A stretch of DNA of 64,000 nucleotides from Candidatus Omnitrophota bacterium (GCA_043732705.1 JAYTHE010000040.1:3250-67249); one strand, 5' to 3'; positions 1 through 9,220 are shown, counted from the stretch's first letter. Notes: generated by a model not told the origin, from the letters alone. Program-made: numbers and translations.

Positions 1-1
1 A

Positions 2-331
2 ATTGATTATGGCTTGATGGAACCGCTTAAAGGAAAAATTCTTACTATCCCTCTTTCTGTTGGATGGAATGACGTAGGGAGCTGGTCGACATTATCTAAG
101 TTACTTCCGGCCAATAAAGAATATAATGTTTTACAAGGCAATGTTATCGCTGTCCGCAGCCGTGGCAATTTTGTGCGAACCTCTCAGAAGCCGATTGCGC
201 TTGTGGGTGTCCATAATATGGTTGTCGTTGACGCGGGAGATATCTTGCTTGTGTGTCCTAAGAGTGAAACTGAATCAATTCGCGACATGGTCCAAGAACT
301 TCAAAAACGCGGCATGAAGGAGTATTTATAA
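2..331 (+). CDS. manC: Mannose-1-phosphate guanylyltransferase, C-terminal part (5' truncated by window)
   Basis: Frame is open from base 2: IDYGLME...GWNDVGSW motifs, then a short beta-helix-like tail (IALVGVHNMVVVDAGDILLV). Confidence 0.85.
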   Translation: MDYGLMEPLKGKILTIPLSVGWNDVGSWSTLSKLLPANKEYNVLQGNVIAVRSRGNFVRTSQKPIALVGVHNMVVVDAGDILLVCPKSETESIRDMVQELQKRGMKEYL

Positions 332-332
332 T

Positions 333-1118
333 ATGCACACGATGACAATTTTTCACGCGCTAATTTTCGGAGTTGTGGAAGGTGCTTCTGAATTTCTGCC
401 GATTTCATCTACCGCGCATTTAATTTTGACCGCAAAAATCTTAGGATTGAGACAGACGGATTTTTTAAAAAGCTTTGATATTGTGATCCAGCTAGGGGCA
501 ATTTTATCCGTGCTGGTTTTGTACTGGCGTTCTTTTTTGATGAATTGGGAAGAATTAAAGCGCGTGATTTGTGCTTTTATTCCCACAGCGATCGTAGGTT
601 TTTTTCTTTATAAGGTCGTTAAGAAATACTTCCTGGGTGACCTGCATCTTGTATTGGGATCGCTTTTTGTAGGCGGAGTTATTTTGATTCTTTTTGAGAA
701 ATTTAAATCAGGCGAAGATAATGACCCTTCCTGTGTTAACGACATTACTTACAAACAGGCCTTCCTTATCGGGCTATGCCAGGCAATAGCGGTTGTTCCC
801 GGAGTTTCCCGTTCAGCAGCGACGATTGTCGGCGGGGTATTGCTTGGGCTGGACCGCAAAACAGCCGTTGAGTTTTCTTTTTTATTGGCCGTGCCGACCA
901 TGGCGGCCGCAACCGGCCTTGACCTTGTCAAAAATGCCAATAGTTTTTCAATGGATCAGTTCGGGCTTTTGGCTGCGGGCTTTGTGCTGTCTTTTATCAT
1001 TGCTTTGATTTGTATCAAGGGACTTTTGCTGTTTATTAAAAATTATTCTTTTGTCGGTTTTGGGATTTACCGTATCGTCATTTCTGTTCTGTTTTGGCTC
1101 TTCCTGGTACGCTCCTGA
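333..1118 (+). CDS. uppP: Undecaprenyl-diphosphate phosphatase
   Basis: GVVEGASEFLPISSTAH and PGVSRSAAT BacA motifs; multiple TM segments. Confidence 0.95.
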   Translation: MHTMTIFHALIFGVVEGASEFLPISSTAHLILTAKILGLRQTDFLKSFDIVIQLGAILSVLVLYWRSFLMNWEELKRVICAFIPTAIVGFFLYKVVKKYFLGDLHLVLGSLFVGGVILILFEKFKSGEDNDPSCVNDITYKQAFLIGLCQAIAVVPGVSRSAATIVGGVLLGLDRKTAVEFSFLLAVPTMAAATGLDLVKNANSFSMDQFGLLAAGFVLSFIIALICIKGLLLFIKNYSFVGFGIYRIVISVLFWLFLVRS

Positions 1119-1198
1119 GCCTTTAGTCGGCTGTTACATCTGCCGATAAAAGGATATTCAATTTTGCCATCTTACTTTTTTAATGAAGGGGTGTTTTC

Positions 1199-3052
1199 AT
1201 GGATATTTCGGACAATAAAAATTTCAGTGAAGGTAAACGCAAAGCGCTTGATTTAGCGGAATCCGCACGTCAAAGCGATTGGACTCAGCCTAGTTTTGCC
1301 GCGGAACTTTTTAAAGGACGCATGGCATGGAACCTGGTCATGCCCTATCCGGCGCAGAATGCCGACGACAAAAAGATCGGCGACGCCATCATTAGCAAAA
1401 TCCGGGATGTGTTGGTTAAACATATTAATCCCGATGAAGTCGACCGTACCGGAATTATCACTGAGGAAGCATTAAAAGCGCTTTCTGATTGCGGCGCTTT
1501 CGCGATTAAAATTCCAAAAAAATACGGTGGCCTGGGTCTGACGCAGGTGAATTACAACCGCGTATTGCACTTTGTGGCAAGTTATTGTGCATCTACCGCG
1601 GTGTATCTCTCCGCGCATCAATCGATCGGTGTTCCGCAGCCTTTGATTGTTTTTGGAACCGAAGAACAAAAACAAAAGTTTTTACCGCGCTTTGCAACCG
1701 GATCAATTTCCGCTTTTGCTTTAACTGAACCGGATGTCGGCAGTGATCCTGCGAAAATGACAACCAAAGCGGTTCCCACAGAAGATGGTAAGCATTTCAT
1801 TATTAATGGCGACAAACTTTGGTGCACAAATGGTATTCGCGCCGACATTATGGTCGTGATGGCACAAACGCCGCCTAAAATTGTACATGGGAAATCACGC
1901 CAGCAAATCACCGCCTTTATTGTTGAGCGTTCCATGGGCGGTGTTGAAAACTTGCATCGTTGCGAATTTATGGGTTTAAAAGGTATCCAGAATGGGTTGA
2001 TTCGCTTTAAAGACGTCAAAGTACCGCGCGAAAACATCGTGGGCGGTGAAGGTCAGGGGCTTAAGATTGCTTTAACCACACTCAACACGGGCCGTTTAAC
2101 CATGCCCGCCGCTGTAACAGGCGCCTCCAAGTATTGCTTGCAGTCAGTTCTCGAATGGTCGAATGAACGCGTGCAATGGGGTTCAAAAATCGGAAAGCAT
2201 GAAGCCGTAGCATCTAAAATTGCGGCGATGACTTCGACGATTTTTGCGATGGAAGCAGTATCTGAAATTGCTTCGGTAATGGCTGACAAAAAAGAAACCG
2301 ACATCCGGCTTGAAGCGGCGATGGCGAAACTCGCCACGACCGAAGCTTCATGGAAAATTGTCGACGGCGCGGTTCAAATTCGCGGAGGCCGCGGTTATGA
2401 AACTGCGCGCTCACTTAAAGCCCGCGGCGAAAAACCTTGGGCAATTGAACGTGTGATGCGCGATGCGCGTATTAATACGATCATTGAAGGAACAAGCCAA
2501 ATCATGCGGCTTTTTATCGCGCGCGAAGCGATGGATATGCATGTCCGCAATATTATGTCGGTGATCGGTCCGCGCGTCAGTTTTTTTAAGCGTGTCGGTA
2601 ATTTTTTCAAAGCGTTCGCTTTTTACGCGGTGTGGTATCCGAAGCAATATTTGCCGGGAGCATCGGTTCCCTCAAATGTTCCAGGCCGGTTAGTCACGCA
2701 TTTTAAATTTATTGGCTGCACGGCTAAAAAGTTGGCGCGTAATCTTTTTCATGCCATGATGATTTACCAGACCAATCTGGAGGGGAAACAGCATTTGCTC
2801 GCTAAACTTGTGAATGTCGGAACGGATCTTTTTTCCATGTCATCAACGCTGGCGCGTGCGGTTTATCTATATAATCAAAACCCGAAAGACGACAGCGCTT
2901 TAGAACTTGCGGATCTCTTCTGTTTACAGGCCCGCGGCCGCGTAAGAAAACAGTTTCAGGGGCTTTTTTGCAATCGGGACAAGTTTGTTTATCAGGTGGC
3001 CCAAAATGCGCTTGAAGGCAAGTATAAGTGGCTTGAGTCCGATATCTTTTAA
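1199..3052 (+). CDS. Acyl-CoA dehydrogenase (long ACAD9/VLCAD-like form)
   Basis: FALTEPDVGSD, GDKLWCTNG, QIRGGRGY and IIEGTSQI motifs; C-terminal extension. Confidence 0.92.
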   Translation: MDISDNKNFSEGKRKALDLAESARQSDWTQPSFAAELFKGRMAWNLVMPYPAQNADDKKIGDAIISKIRDVLVKHINPDEVDRTGIITEEALKALSDCGAFAIKIPKKYGGLGLTQVNYNRVLHFVASYCASTAVYLSAHQSIGVPQPLIVFGTEEQKQKFLPRFATGSISAFALTEPDVGSDPAKMTTKAVPTEDGKHFIINGDKLWCTNGIRADIMVVMAQTPPKIVHGKSRQQITAFIVERSMGGVENLHRCEFMGLKGIQNGLIRFKDVKVPRENIVGGEGQGLKIALTTLNTGRLTMPAAVTGASKYCLQSVLEWSNERVQWGSKIGKHEAVASKIAAMTSTIFAMEAVSEIASVMADKKETDIRLEAAMAKLATTEASWKIVDGAVQIRGGRGYETARSLKARGEKPWAIERVMRDARINTIIEGTSQIMRLFIAREAMDMHVRNIMSVIGPRVSFFKRVGNFFKAFAFYAVWYPKQYLPGASVPSNVPGRLVTHFKFIGCTAKKLARNLFHAMMIYQTNLEGKQHLLAKLVNVGTDLFSMSSTLARAVYLYNQNPKDDSALELADLFCLQARGRVRKQFQGLFCNRDKFVYQVAQNALEGKYKWLESDIF

Positions 3053-3056
3053 TAGG

Positions 3057-3163
3057 TTAAAGCTTAAAACTAAAATCTTAAAACCATAACTTAAGGCCTG
3101 ATAGCTGTCGAGCAGTTTTGGGTTTTGAGCTATGGTTTTTACTTTTGAGCTTTTATTTTTAAG
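3057..3163. repeat. Degenerate heptamer array in inverted arrangement (long imperfect hairpin)
   Basis: TTAAAAC/TAAAATC-like units on the left mirrored by GTTTTGA/GCTTTTA-like units on the right. Confidence 0.65.
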
Positions 3164-3172
3164 TTGTCTTTG

Positions 3173-3181
3173 TGCTATAAT
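3173..3181 (+). promoter_or_regulatory. Extended -10 element (TGcTATAAT) just before cysI
   Basis: TATAAT at 3176-3181, 9 nt before ATG 3191, with no SD in between. Confidence 0.55.
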
Positions 3182-3190
3182 TCTCGCCCT

Positions 3191-4885
3191 ATGACAGATG
3201 AAAAAAAGCTCTCAGCGAACGAACGCATCAAGACGGAAAGCCATTACCTGAAAGGTTCTTTGGCCGAAACCATGGCCCAAGACGTTGATCATTTTACTTC
3301 GGATGAAATTCAGCTGATCAAGTTCCATGGTTTTTATGAGCAGGATAATCGTGATGAGCGTGTGACTTTGGCCAAGGCCGGAAAGTCCAAGGCCTTCAGC
3401 ATGATGATTCGCTCGAAAATTCCGGGCGGCTTTTTAAATGCTGAGCAATATCTGGTGCATGACAAGATTGCGGATGATTTTGGTTTAGGGCATTTCCGCA
3501 TTACTGACCGTCAGGGGATTCAATTCCACGGTGTGCTAAAAAAGAACATTAAAGGCCTTTTCCGTGCTTTGAATCAAGTCAAGGTCACGACCATTGGTGC
3601 CTGCGGAGATGTGGTGCGCAATGTCATGTCACCCGCCGCGCCTTTTGTAAAATATCAGAAGCACGGACTTTTGGATTATACGCAAAAAGTTTCAGACCAG
3701 TTTTTATGGAAAAGCGGAACTTACGCAGAGTTGTGGTTGGACGGCAAAAAACTTGATTTAGACGGTGACCCGGAAAAAATCGAACCGATTTACGGGAAAA
3801 CTTATTTACCCCGTAAATTTAAAATCGCCATGGCTTTTCCCGGAGATAACAGCGTCGATGTTTACGCGCATGACATCGGAATTGTGCCTGAAATTCAAAA
3901 TGACCGGTTAACCGGCTTCAACATTCTGATTGGCGGCGGCTTAGGAATGACGCATGGCATTGCTACAACTTATCCGCGTGTTGCAACGCCGCTATGCTTT
4001 GTTAAGCCGGAAGAGCTGCTCGATATCACCAAAGCGATTGTGATTGCACAGCGTGATTTAGGCAATCGTGCTGACCGTAAAAACGCTCGCCTCAAATACA
4101 CGATTGATCGCTTGGGCGCGGATGTTTTCCGCAAAGAAGTTGAGAAACGCTTCGGCAAAAAAACCGAGGATATTCATCCTTTTTCATTTAATGAAATTGA
4201 ACATTATCACGGGTGGCATGATCAGGGCGACGGTAAGTGGTTCTTGGGAATATTTATTCAGAACGGCCGTGTCAAAGATGACGGAGCTTTTAAGCTGCGT
4301 ACGGCTTTGCGCACCATTGTTCAGAAATGGAAATGTAATGTTATTTTGACGCCGGAGCAGGATGTTTTGCTGTCCGGGTTTGAGGCTTCCCAAAAATTCG
4401 AGGTTGAAAATATTCTGAAAGCACATGGCGTGAAGCTTCCGGAAGAATGGGGAACAATCCATAAACATTCAATCGCCTGTCCGGCTTTGCCGACTTGCGG
4501 CCTTGCCATTAGTGAATCCGAAAGATCAATTCCTGCGACCTTGGATGAAATTTATACGAGCTTAAAAGAATTAGGTTTGGAGTCTGAAAAGATTAGCATT
4601 CGCCAAACCGGCTGCCCGAATGGCTGCGCGCGTCCTTATACAGCAGAAATTGGATTTGTGGGTAAAACAACCGGAACTTACAATATTTATCTTGCGGGCA
4701 GCCATTTAGGTGAACGCTTGAATCAGATTTTTCAAGAGAAAGTGCCCAATGCGGAGTTAGCAAAACGGTTAACGCCTGTTTTTAAAATGTTTAAGACGGA
4801 ACGGGCTCCCGGCGAAAGATTTGGGGATTTTTGCAAACGTAAAGGTATTGCCGCGCTGCAAGCCGCGGCGGCGGTGTCAGTATGA
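3191..4885 (+). CDS. cysI: Sulfite reductase hemoprotein (siroheme/4Fe-4S)
   Basis: KFHGFYEQDNRD, YLPRKFKI, and CPALPTC...GCPNGC cluster ligands. ATG 3191 preferred over the upstream TTG. Confidence 0.9.
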   Translation: MTDEKKLSANERIKTESHYLKGSLAETMAQDVDHFTSDEIQLIKFHGFYEQDNRDERVTLAKAGKSKAFSMMIRSKIPGGFLNAEQYLVHDKIADDFGLGHFRITDRQGIQFHGVLKKNIKGLFRALNQVKVTTIGACGDVVRNVMSPAAPFVKYQKHGLLDYTQKVSDQFLWKSGTYAELWLDGKKLDLDGDPEKIEPIYGKTYLPRKFKIAMAFPGDNSVDVYAHDIGIVPEIQNDRLTGFNILIGGGLGMTHGIATTYPRVATPLCFVKPEELLDITKAIVIAQRDLGNRADRKNARLKYTIDRLGADVFRKEVEKRFGKKTEDIHPFSFNEIEHYHGWHDQGDGKWFLGIFIQNGRVKDDGAFKLRTALRTIVQKWKCNVILTPEQDVLLSGFEASQKFEVENILKAHGVKLPEEWGTIHKHSIACPALPTCGLAISESERSIPATLDEIYTSLKELGLESEKISIRQTGCPNGCARPYTAEIGFVGKTTGTYNIYLAGSHLGERLNQIFQEKVPNAELAKRLTPVFKMFKTERAPGERFGDFCKRKGIAALQAAAAVSV

Positions 4886-5439
4886 GCGAACCTGTCGCGG
4901 TATTAACTGAGTTTACGCCGAACCCTAATTCGCTTAAATTTAATACCAACCGCGAAATTCTTGAGTCGGGAACGGCCTTTTTTTCGTCCTCTGAAAAAGC
5001 TTCGGGCGCGCCTTTAGCAAAGAAAATATTCGAGGCTGAAAATGTCGCCGAAGTTTTTATCGGTTCAGACTTTGTAACCGTGACACGCTCGGCTGAAGCG
5101 AAAAGCTGGGCAAAAATTATTTCTCAAGTTACTGAAATTATCCGCCTCCACTTAGAGTCAGGAGAGCCTTCTGTTATTGAAATGCCTTCCGCTCATGGAT
5201 CTGAGGGGAACTCCGAGATCGCGCAGAAGATCATTGAAATTTTAGATGAACGCATCCGGCCGGCCGTGGCGCGTGACGGCGGCGATATTATTTTTGACAG
5301 CTATGAAGACGGAATTGTGCGCTTGCATCTTCAGGGAGCTTGTTCGACCTGCCCCAGCTCGATTGCCACATTGAAAATCGGTGTCGAATCGATGCTGAAA
5401 GAATTAGTCCCCGAAGTCCGCGAAGTTATCCAAGTCTAA
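4882..5439 (+). CDS. NifU/Nfu-type Fe-S carrier (Nfu_N plus NifU C-terminal domain)
   Basis: TPNPNSLKF N-domain; IRPAVARDGGD...GACSTCPSS CxxC motif. Confidence 0.9.
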   Translation: MSEPVAVLTEFTPNPNSLKFNTNREILESGTAFFSSSEKASGAPLAKKIFEAENVAEVFIGSDFVTVTRSAEAKSWAKIISQVTEIIRLHLESGEPSVIEMPSAHGSEGNSEIAQKIIEILDERIRPAVARDGGDIIFDSYEDGIVRLHLQGACSTCPSSIATLKIGVESMLKELVPEVREVIQV

Positions 5440-5559
5440 ACCACCTGAAAATCGTCAGCTTCTGCGTTGAACGCTGCACTTCCTTGTGCGGCGTATTTCT
5501 TTATACGCCTCCGCGGGCGTTTGCGTTTGCCTTGAATCTGATCGATTTTGAGATGGTTT
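5438..5559. repeat. Palindromic intergenic repeat, family A copy 1 (MITE/REP-like)
   Basis: Terminal inverted repeats AAACCACCTGAAAATCG / CGATTTTGAGATGGTTT; core CTTCCTTGTGCGGCGTATT..CGCCTCCGCGGGC shared with 32901-33020. Confidence 0.8.
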
Positions 5560-5739
5560 TCAATTAAGTGGAAGCGCTAGTCTGCATTTATGCCTTGCAT
5601 CGGAGCCTTTTAATGGCTAAACCCCCGTATAAAGAATTGACCTTAAAATAGTTTGCATGTTTGTGTCGTGATCACACCTTGAATTGATCGATTTTGAGCG
5701 ACTATAGTCTAGTGCTGCGCTTCTTAGGGAGCTTGAGAG

Positions 5740-6570
5740 TTAGGTTTTAGCGGGTTTTTGAACGGGTGGAAAAATATTCTCGCGTTCCAGAATGTAGACC
5801 AGGTGCTGATGCCGATCTTCCAGCCTTCGAGCCCAAATGGCACCCGCCAACCCCAGCATGAAAACAAAAAATTCAAATAAGTAAAAAAGCTTTTGCTCAT
5901 TTGAATTTTGCAGTAGAGACAGCTTCAATAAAAGTCTCGGCGCAAAACAAATCATTCCGCCGATCGCGGCGGTTGACGTAAAGAACAAACCTTCCCGGAT
6001 GGATGGCCGTAAAATTTGTAAGCCGCAAAAAATCATAAGCGCCGCGAGAAGCATGCCCGCAAAAATAAATATTTTTCCCAAGATCGGAAATTCGAGCGGA
6101 GTCAGCCCGATAAAATCATTCAGCGGCAATTCAAGAGTTTGCAGGCCTAAAGTTGTGAGTGTTGTTTTGACGGCAAATATAAACGCGGTAAACAGCAATA
6201 ATCCGCAGGCGATTTGTCGTTTTGACTGAGAGCCCAGCTGCGATTGAATCCATTGTCCCGCATGGGGTTCCCAATTTTCTGGGGGGTTGATAATGATCAT
6301 TCCCAGTGAGCAGGTAAAGTCGCTTCTTTCTTCGGAAAGATTGCGTGCGCGCAAGGTTTTGACTTCAAGCTCGAAGTTTTCTGTTTTCTTGGGCAGGCAA
6401 ATTTGCAGCACAAAACTGTCATTTTTCGAGAAGAGTTGCTGGCATGAAAGCTGAAACCCGGTGACACTCATATTGATTACGTTTACGGAGTGGCGCTCGC
6501 CTTCCGGTGTGACAAGTACCGCTTTAAAGCTCGTCGGGATTCTGATGCAGGCGCGTTTTTGATAACTCAT
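5740..6570 (-). CDS. PilZ-domain protein with C-terminal multi-TM region
   Basis: QKRACIR (RxxxR) and NMSVTG (N/DxSxxG) c-di-GMP motifs, then about 4 hydrophobic helices. Start taken at ATG 6570. Confidence 0.75.
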   Translation of the reverse strand: MSYQKRACIRIPTSFKAVLVTPEGERHSVNVINMSVTGFQLSCQQLFSKNDSFVLQICLPKKTENFELEVKTLRARNLSEERSDFTCSLGMIIINPPENWEPHAGQWIQSQLGSQSKRQIACGLLLFTAFIFAVKTTLTTLGLQTLELPLNDFIGLTPLEFPILGKIFIFAGMLLAALMIFCGLQILRPSIREGLFFTSTAAIGGMICFAPRLLLKLSLLQNSNEQKLFYLFEFFVFMLGLAGAIWARRLEDRHQHLVYILERENIFPPVQKPAKT

Positions 6571-6574
6571 CAAT

Positions 6575-6808
6575 TCACCAGAGGTTTGGGATGGATTGAA
6601 CCCATTCCGGGCAAGAGTGTGACATGACGGATGCTTTTGATGAAGTGTCTTGGCAGGTACGCACAAAATAAGACAGCGCTATTTGGGCCGGCCCCCAGCG
6701 AAAAGCGAGTAAAAATAAAAGAGTGAGATAGGTGATACAAAAAAAAAGGCCTTTTTTGAGGCCTAGGGCGAGTTCTTTTTTTGTGTAAGGTTCACTTATT
6801 TTTAACAT
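6575..6808 (-). CDS. Small hypothetical membrane protein
   Basis: 77 aa, ATG start, one hydrophobic helix; stop lies 4 nt before the PilZ gene start. Confidence 0.45.
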   Translation of the reverse strand: MLKISEPYTKKELALGLKKGLFFCITYLTLLFLLAFRWGPAQIALSYFVRTCQDTSSKASVMSHSCPEWVQSIPNLW

Positions 6809-6941
6809 TTTGATTTTGCCGCTAAGTATTTAATCTCAGATTTCAGTCTTATTTTATCGGCAAATTGAGCCGATACAATAGTGGTTTATCAAAGCGAATG
6901 TGAAGCGGTCAGCGGCAGCATTCAAATGAGAGGGGAAACTT

Positions 6942-7118
6942 ATGACAGTTAAAAAGCTCAGAAGAATTAAGTCATCGCAAGTGCGTGTTTTTAAAATCAA
7001 AAATAGACGCGGTTTGGCAGGACTTTGTATGGATCATTTGACCGAAGGTTCGAGTCGGCCGCAGGTTTTGGCGCGTATGCAAAAGGCGCTTCGCCGTTCG
7101 GGATACGAACTAGCTTAA
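6942..7118 (+). CDS. Small basic hypothetical protein (58 aa, not in ORF track)
   Basis: SD-like GAGAGGGG, ATG 6942, TAA 7116-7118: MTVKKLRRIKSSQVRVFKIKNRRGLAGLCMDHLTEGSSRPQVLARMQKALRRSGYELA. Confidence 0.7.
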   Translation: MTVKKLRRIKSSQVRVFKIKNRRGLAGLCMDHLTEGSSRPQVLARMQKALRRSGYELA

Positions 7119-7146
7119 GCTCGGGTAAAAATCCGGGCCGGATTGA

Positions 7147-7175
7147 TTGACAGGCTATCGCATCACCCCTAGAAT
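7147..7175 (+). promoter_or_regulatory. Sigma70-type promoter for scpAB-pheA-hisC-tyrA
   Basis: TTGACA-17 nt-TAGAAT. Confidence 0.75.
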
Positions 7176-7228
7176 AAGCCAGATTTTGTGGGGTTCGATC
7201 TATAAACTACCAGATATAGAAGCATGGC

Positions 7229-8170
7229 ATGTCCGATCTTCCTGATGACAACAATTTGAACATTCCGGCCGGTAATATTCCTCCGGAACTGCCGCTGGCT
7301 CCTATGGCCTCTGCGCCCGAAGCGCAGTCGGCAGTCGGCCCAACGCCGCCTCTTTCAGAAGAGCTGCAATCGCCGCTTCCTTTTCTTCCGACAGAGCGCT
7401 CTATCGCGATGCATGTCAAACTCGAAATTTATGACGGCCCCTTGGATTTACTGCTCGACCTGATCAAAAAAAATGAAATGGATATTTACAATATTCCCAT
7501 TTCAGAAATTACCCAGCAATACCTCCAATATTTGGAGACCTTAAAGAGCCTCGATCTTGAAGTTGCGGGAGAGTTTATCGTCATGGCTGCGACTTTGATT
7601 CATATCAAATCAAAAATGCTTTTACCGCAAATCGCTGAAGAAGAAGCGGATGATTCCGGGCTGGATCCGCGCAATGAACTTGTACGCAAGCTTTTGGAAT
7701 ATCAGGCTTTTAAAGAAGCCGCGCGCGAACTTGGATTTTTGCAAACGGAGCGCGGAAAAGTTTTTACGCGGCAGATTACCGATTATTATCTTTCCGACTT
7801 GAGCGCTGAAGACGTGGGAATCGATACCTTTAGTGCTAATTTTTATGATTTACTCGCCGCGTTTCAGAAAGTACTTTCGAAACACGGCCGCGAAGAGATG
7901 CACGAAGTTTATGAGCAGGTTGTTTCAATTGAAGAGAAAATTTCTTCAATTAAAAATTTATTGGCGGAGCGCAACACCGTGCGCTTTTTTGATTTATTTA
8001 CGGAACGCTGGACAAGGAATGAGTTGATTGCGACTTTTCTCGCGCTGCTTGAAATTGTGCGCATGAAAATCGCGGTTGTGAAACAAGACAGCCAGTTTGA
8101 AGATATTGTTTTGGAAAAACGTGAACAAACCGAATTTCAATTCGGCGCTGACAAATTAATAAATAATTAA
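7229..8170 (+). CDS. scpA: Segregation and condensation protein A
   Basis: YDGPLDLLLDLI, EFIVMAATLIHIKSKMLLP, ATFLALLE; Pro-rich N-terminal extension. Confidence 0.93.
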   Translation: MSDLPDDNNLNIPAGNIPPELPLAPMASAPEAQSAVGPTPPLSEELQSPLPFLPTERSIAMHVKLEIYDGPLDLLLDLIKKNEMDIYNIPISEITQQYLQYLETLKSLDLEVAGEFIVMAATLIHIKSKMLLPQIAEEEADDSGLDPRNELVRKLLEYQAFKEAARELGFLQTERGKVFTRQITDYYLSDLSAEDVGIDTFSANFYDLLAAFQKVLSKHGREEMHEVYEQVVSIEEKISSIKNLLAERNTVRFFDLFTERWTRNELIATFLALLEIVRMKIAVVKQDSQFEDIVLEKREQTEFQFGADKLINN

Positions 8171-8175
8171 TCAGC

Positions 8176-8227
8176 GCCGTTCCTGCGAAAGCAGGAATCT
8201 AAGATCCCGGATCAAGTCCGGGATGAC
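8176..8227. repeat. REP-like double-hairpin element
   Basis: TTCCTGC-GAAA-GCAGGAA followed by ATCCCGGA-TCAAG-TCCGGGAT-GAC. Confidence 0.75.
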
Positions 8228-8236
8228 AGGGGAATT

Positions 8237-9220
8237 ATGAATCGAAATGATGCGGTCAAAGAAAAAGAGAAAGAAATGAAGCTTAAAGCGCTGCGCCGTG
8301 AACTTGACGAACAAATCGTTGAGCAGCTTGAAGCATCAGCATTGAGTGAGCAGCTTGAAACGGAACGCCAAACCGGCGTCGAGTCGCAGCAGCTATCTGA
8401 GGCTGATTTGCAGGATCCGGCCCGAGCAAAGCAAGTCATCGAGGCGCTGATCTTTGCTTCTTCCAAACCGATTACCGCGAATGAAATCCGTAAAGTCGCT
8501 AAATCGTTGACTCCCGGACAGATCAAGGAATACGCCGAGCAAATTCAGGTCGATTATCAAACGACGAATCGTCCGTTTGAATTGGTTGAAGTCGCGGGCG
8601 GTTATGAGATCGCGACCAAAAAAGAATTCGCGCCATGGATTTTTAAAATTGAACTTCAGAAGAAGGCCAAGCAGGCATCGCATTCTGCGTTGGAAACGCT
8701 TGCGATTCTGGCTTATAAGCAGCCGTTAACGCGCGCGGAAATCGAAGAATTACGCGGAGTGGACACAAGCGGTGTGATCGCGACTCTCTCGGAAAAAGAA
8801 TTCGTTAAAATTGTCGGCAAAAAGGAAGTGCCGGGGCGTCCTTTCCTTTATGGAACGACGGATAAGTTTCTTGAGCATTTTGGTTTGAATGATTTAACAG
8901 ATTTACCGAATATTGATGAAATCCGCGAACTTGTTTCCAAGTCGGTTAAAAAAGAAGAGTTGCTTTCAACTGCCAAGGTGGTTGAGGTTGCTCCGGGTGA
9001 CATCGTCGATGCAGCCGCTGAAGCGGTCAAGGCTGTTGATCCGATTGCCGATCGCAAAGAACGTGAACGCTTGTTGACCGAAATTACCGGAGAAATTGAA
9101 TCTGTGAATACCAAGGTAGACTTTCAATCTGAAATGCCACAAGCAGAAGCTCCTCAGTCCGAATCTGCTCCAAGTGAAAATAATGAAAAAGAAACTCCAG
9201 ACAATTCGCAAGCAAATTGA
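8237..9220 (+). CDS. scpB: Segregation and condensation protein B
   Basis: IEALIFAS, ALETLAILAYKQPLTRAEIEELRGV, GRPFLYGTT. Confidence 0.95.
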   Translation: MNRNDAVKEKEKEMKLKALRRELDEQIVEQLEASALSEQLETERQTGVESQQLSEADLQDPARAKQVIEALIFASSKPITANEIRKVAKSLTPGQIKEYAEQIQVDYQTTNRPFELVEVAGGYEIATKKEFAPWIFKIELQKKAKQASHSALETLAILAYKQPLTRAEIEELRGVDTSGVIATLSEKEFVKIVGKKEVPGRPFLYGTTDKFLEHFGLNDLTDLPNIDEIRELVSKSVKKEELLSTAKVVEVAPGDIVDAAAEAVKAVDPIADRKERERLLTEITGEIESVNTKVDFQSEMPQAEAPQSESAPSENNEKETPDNSQAN

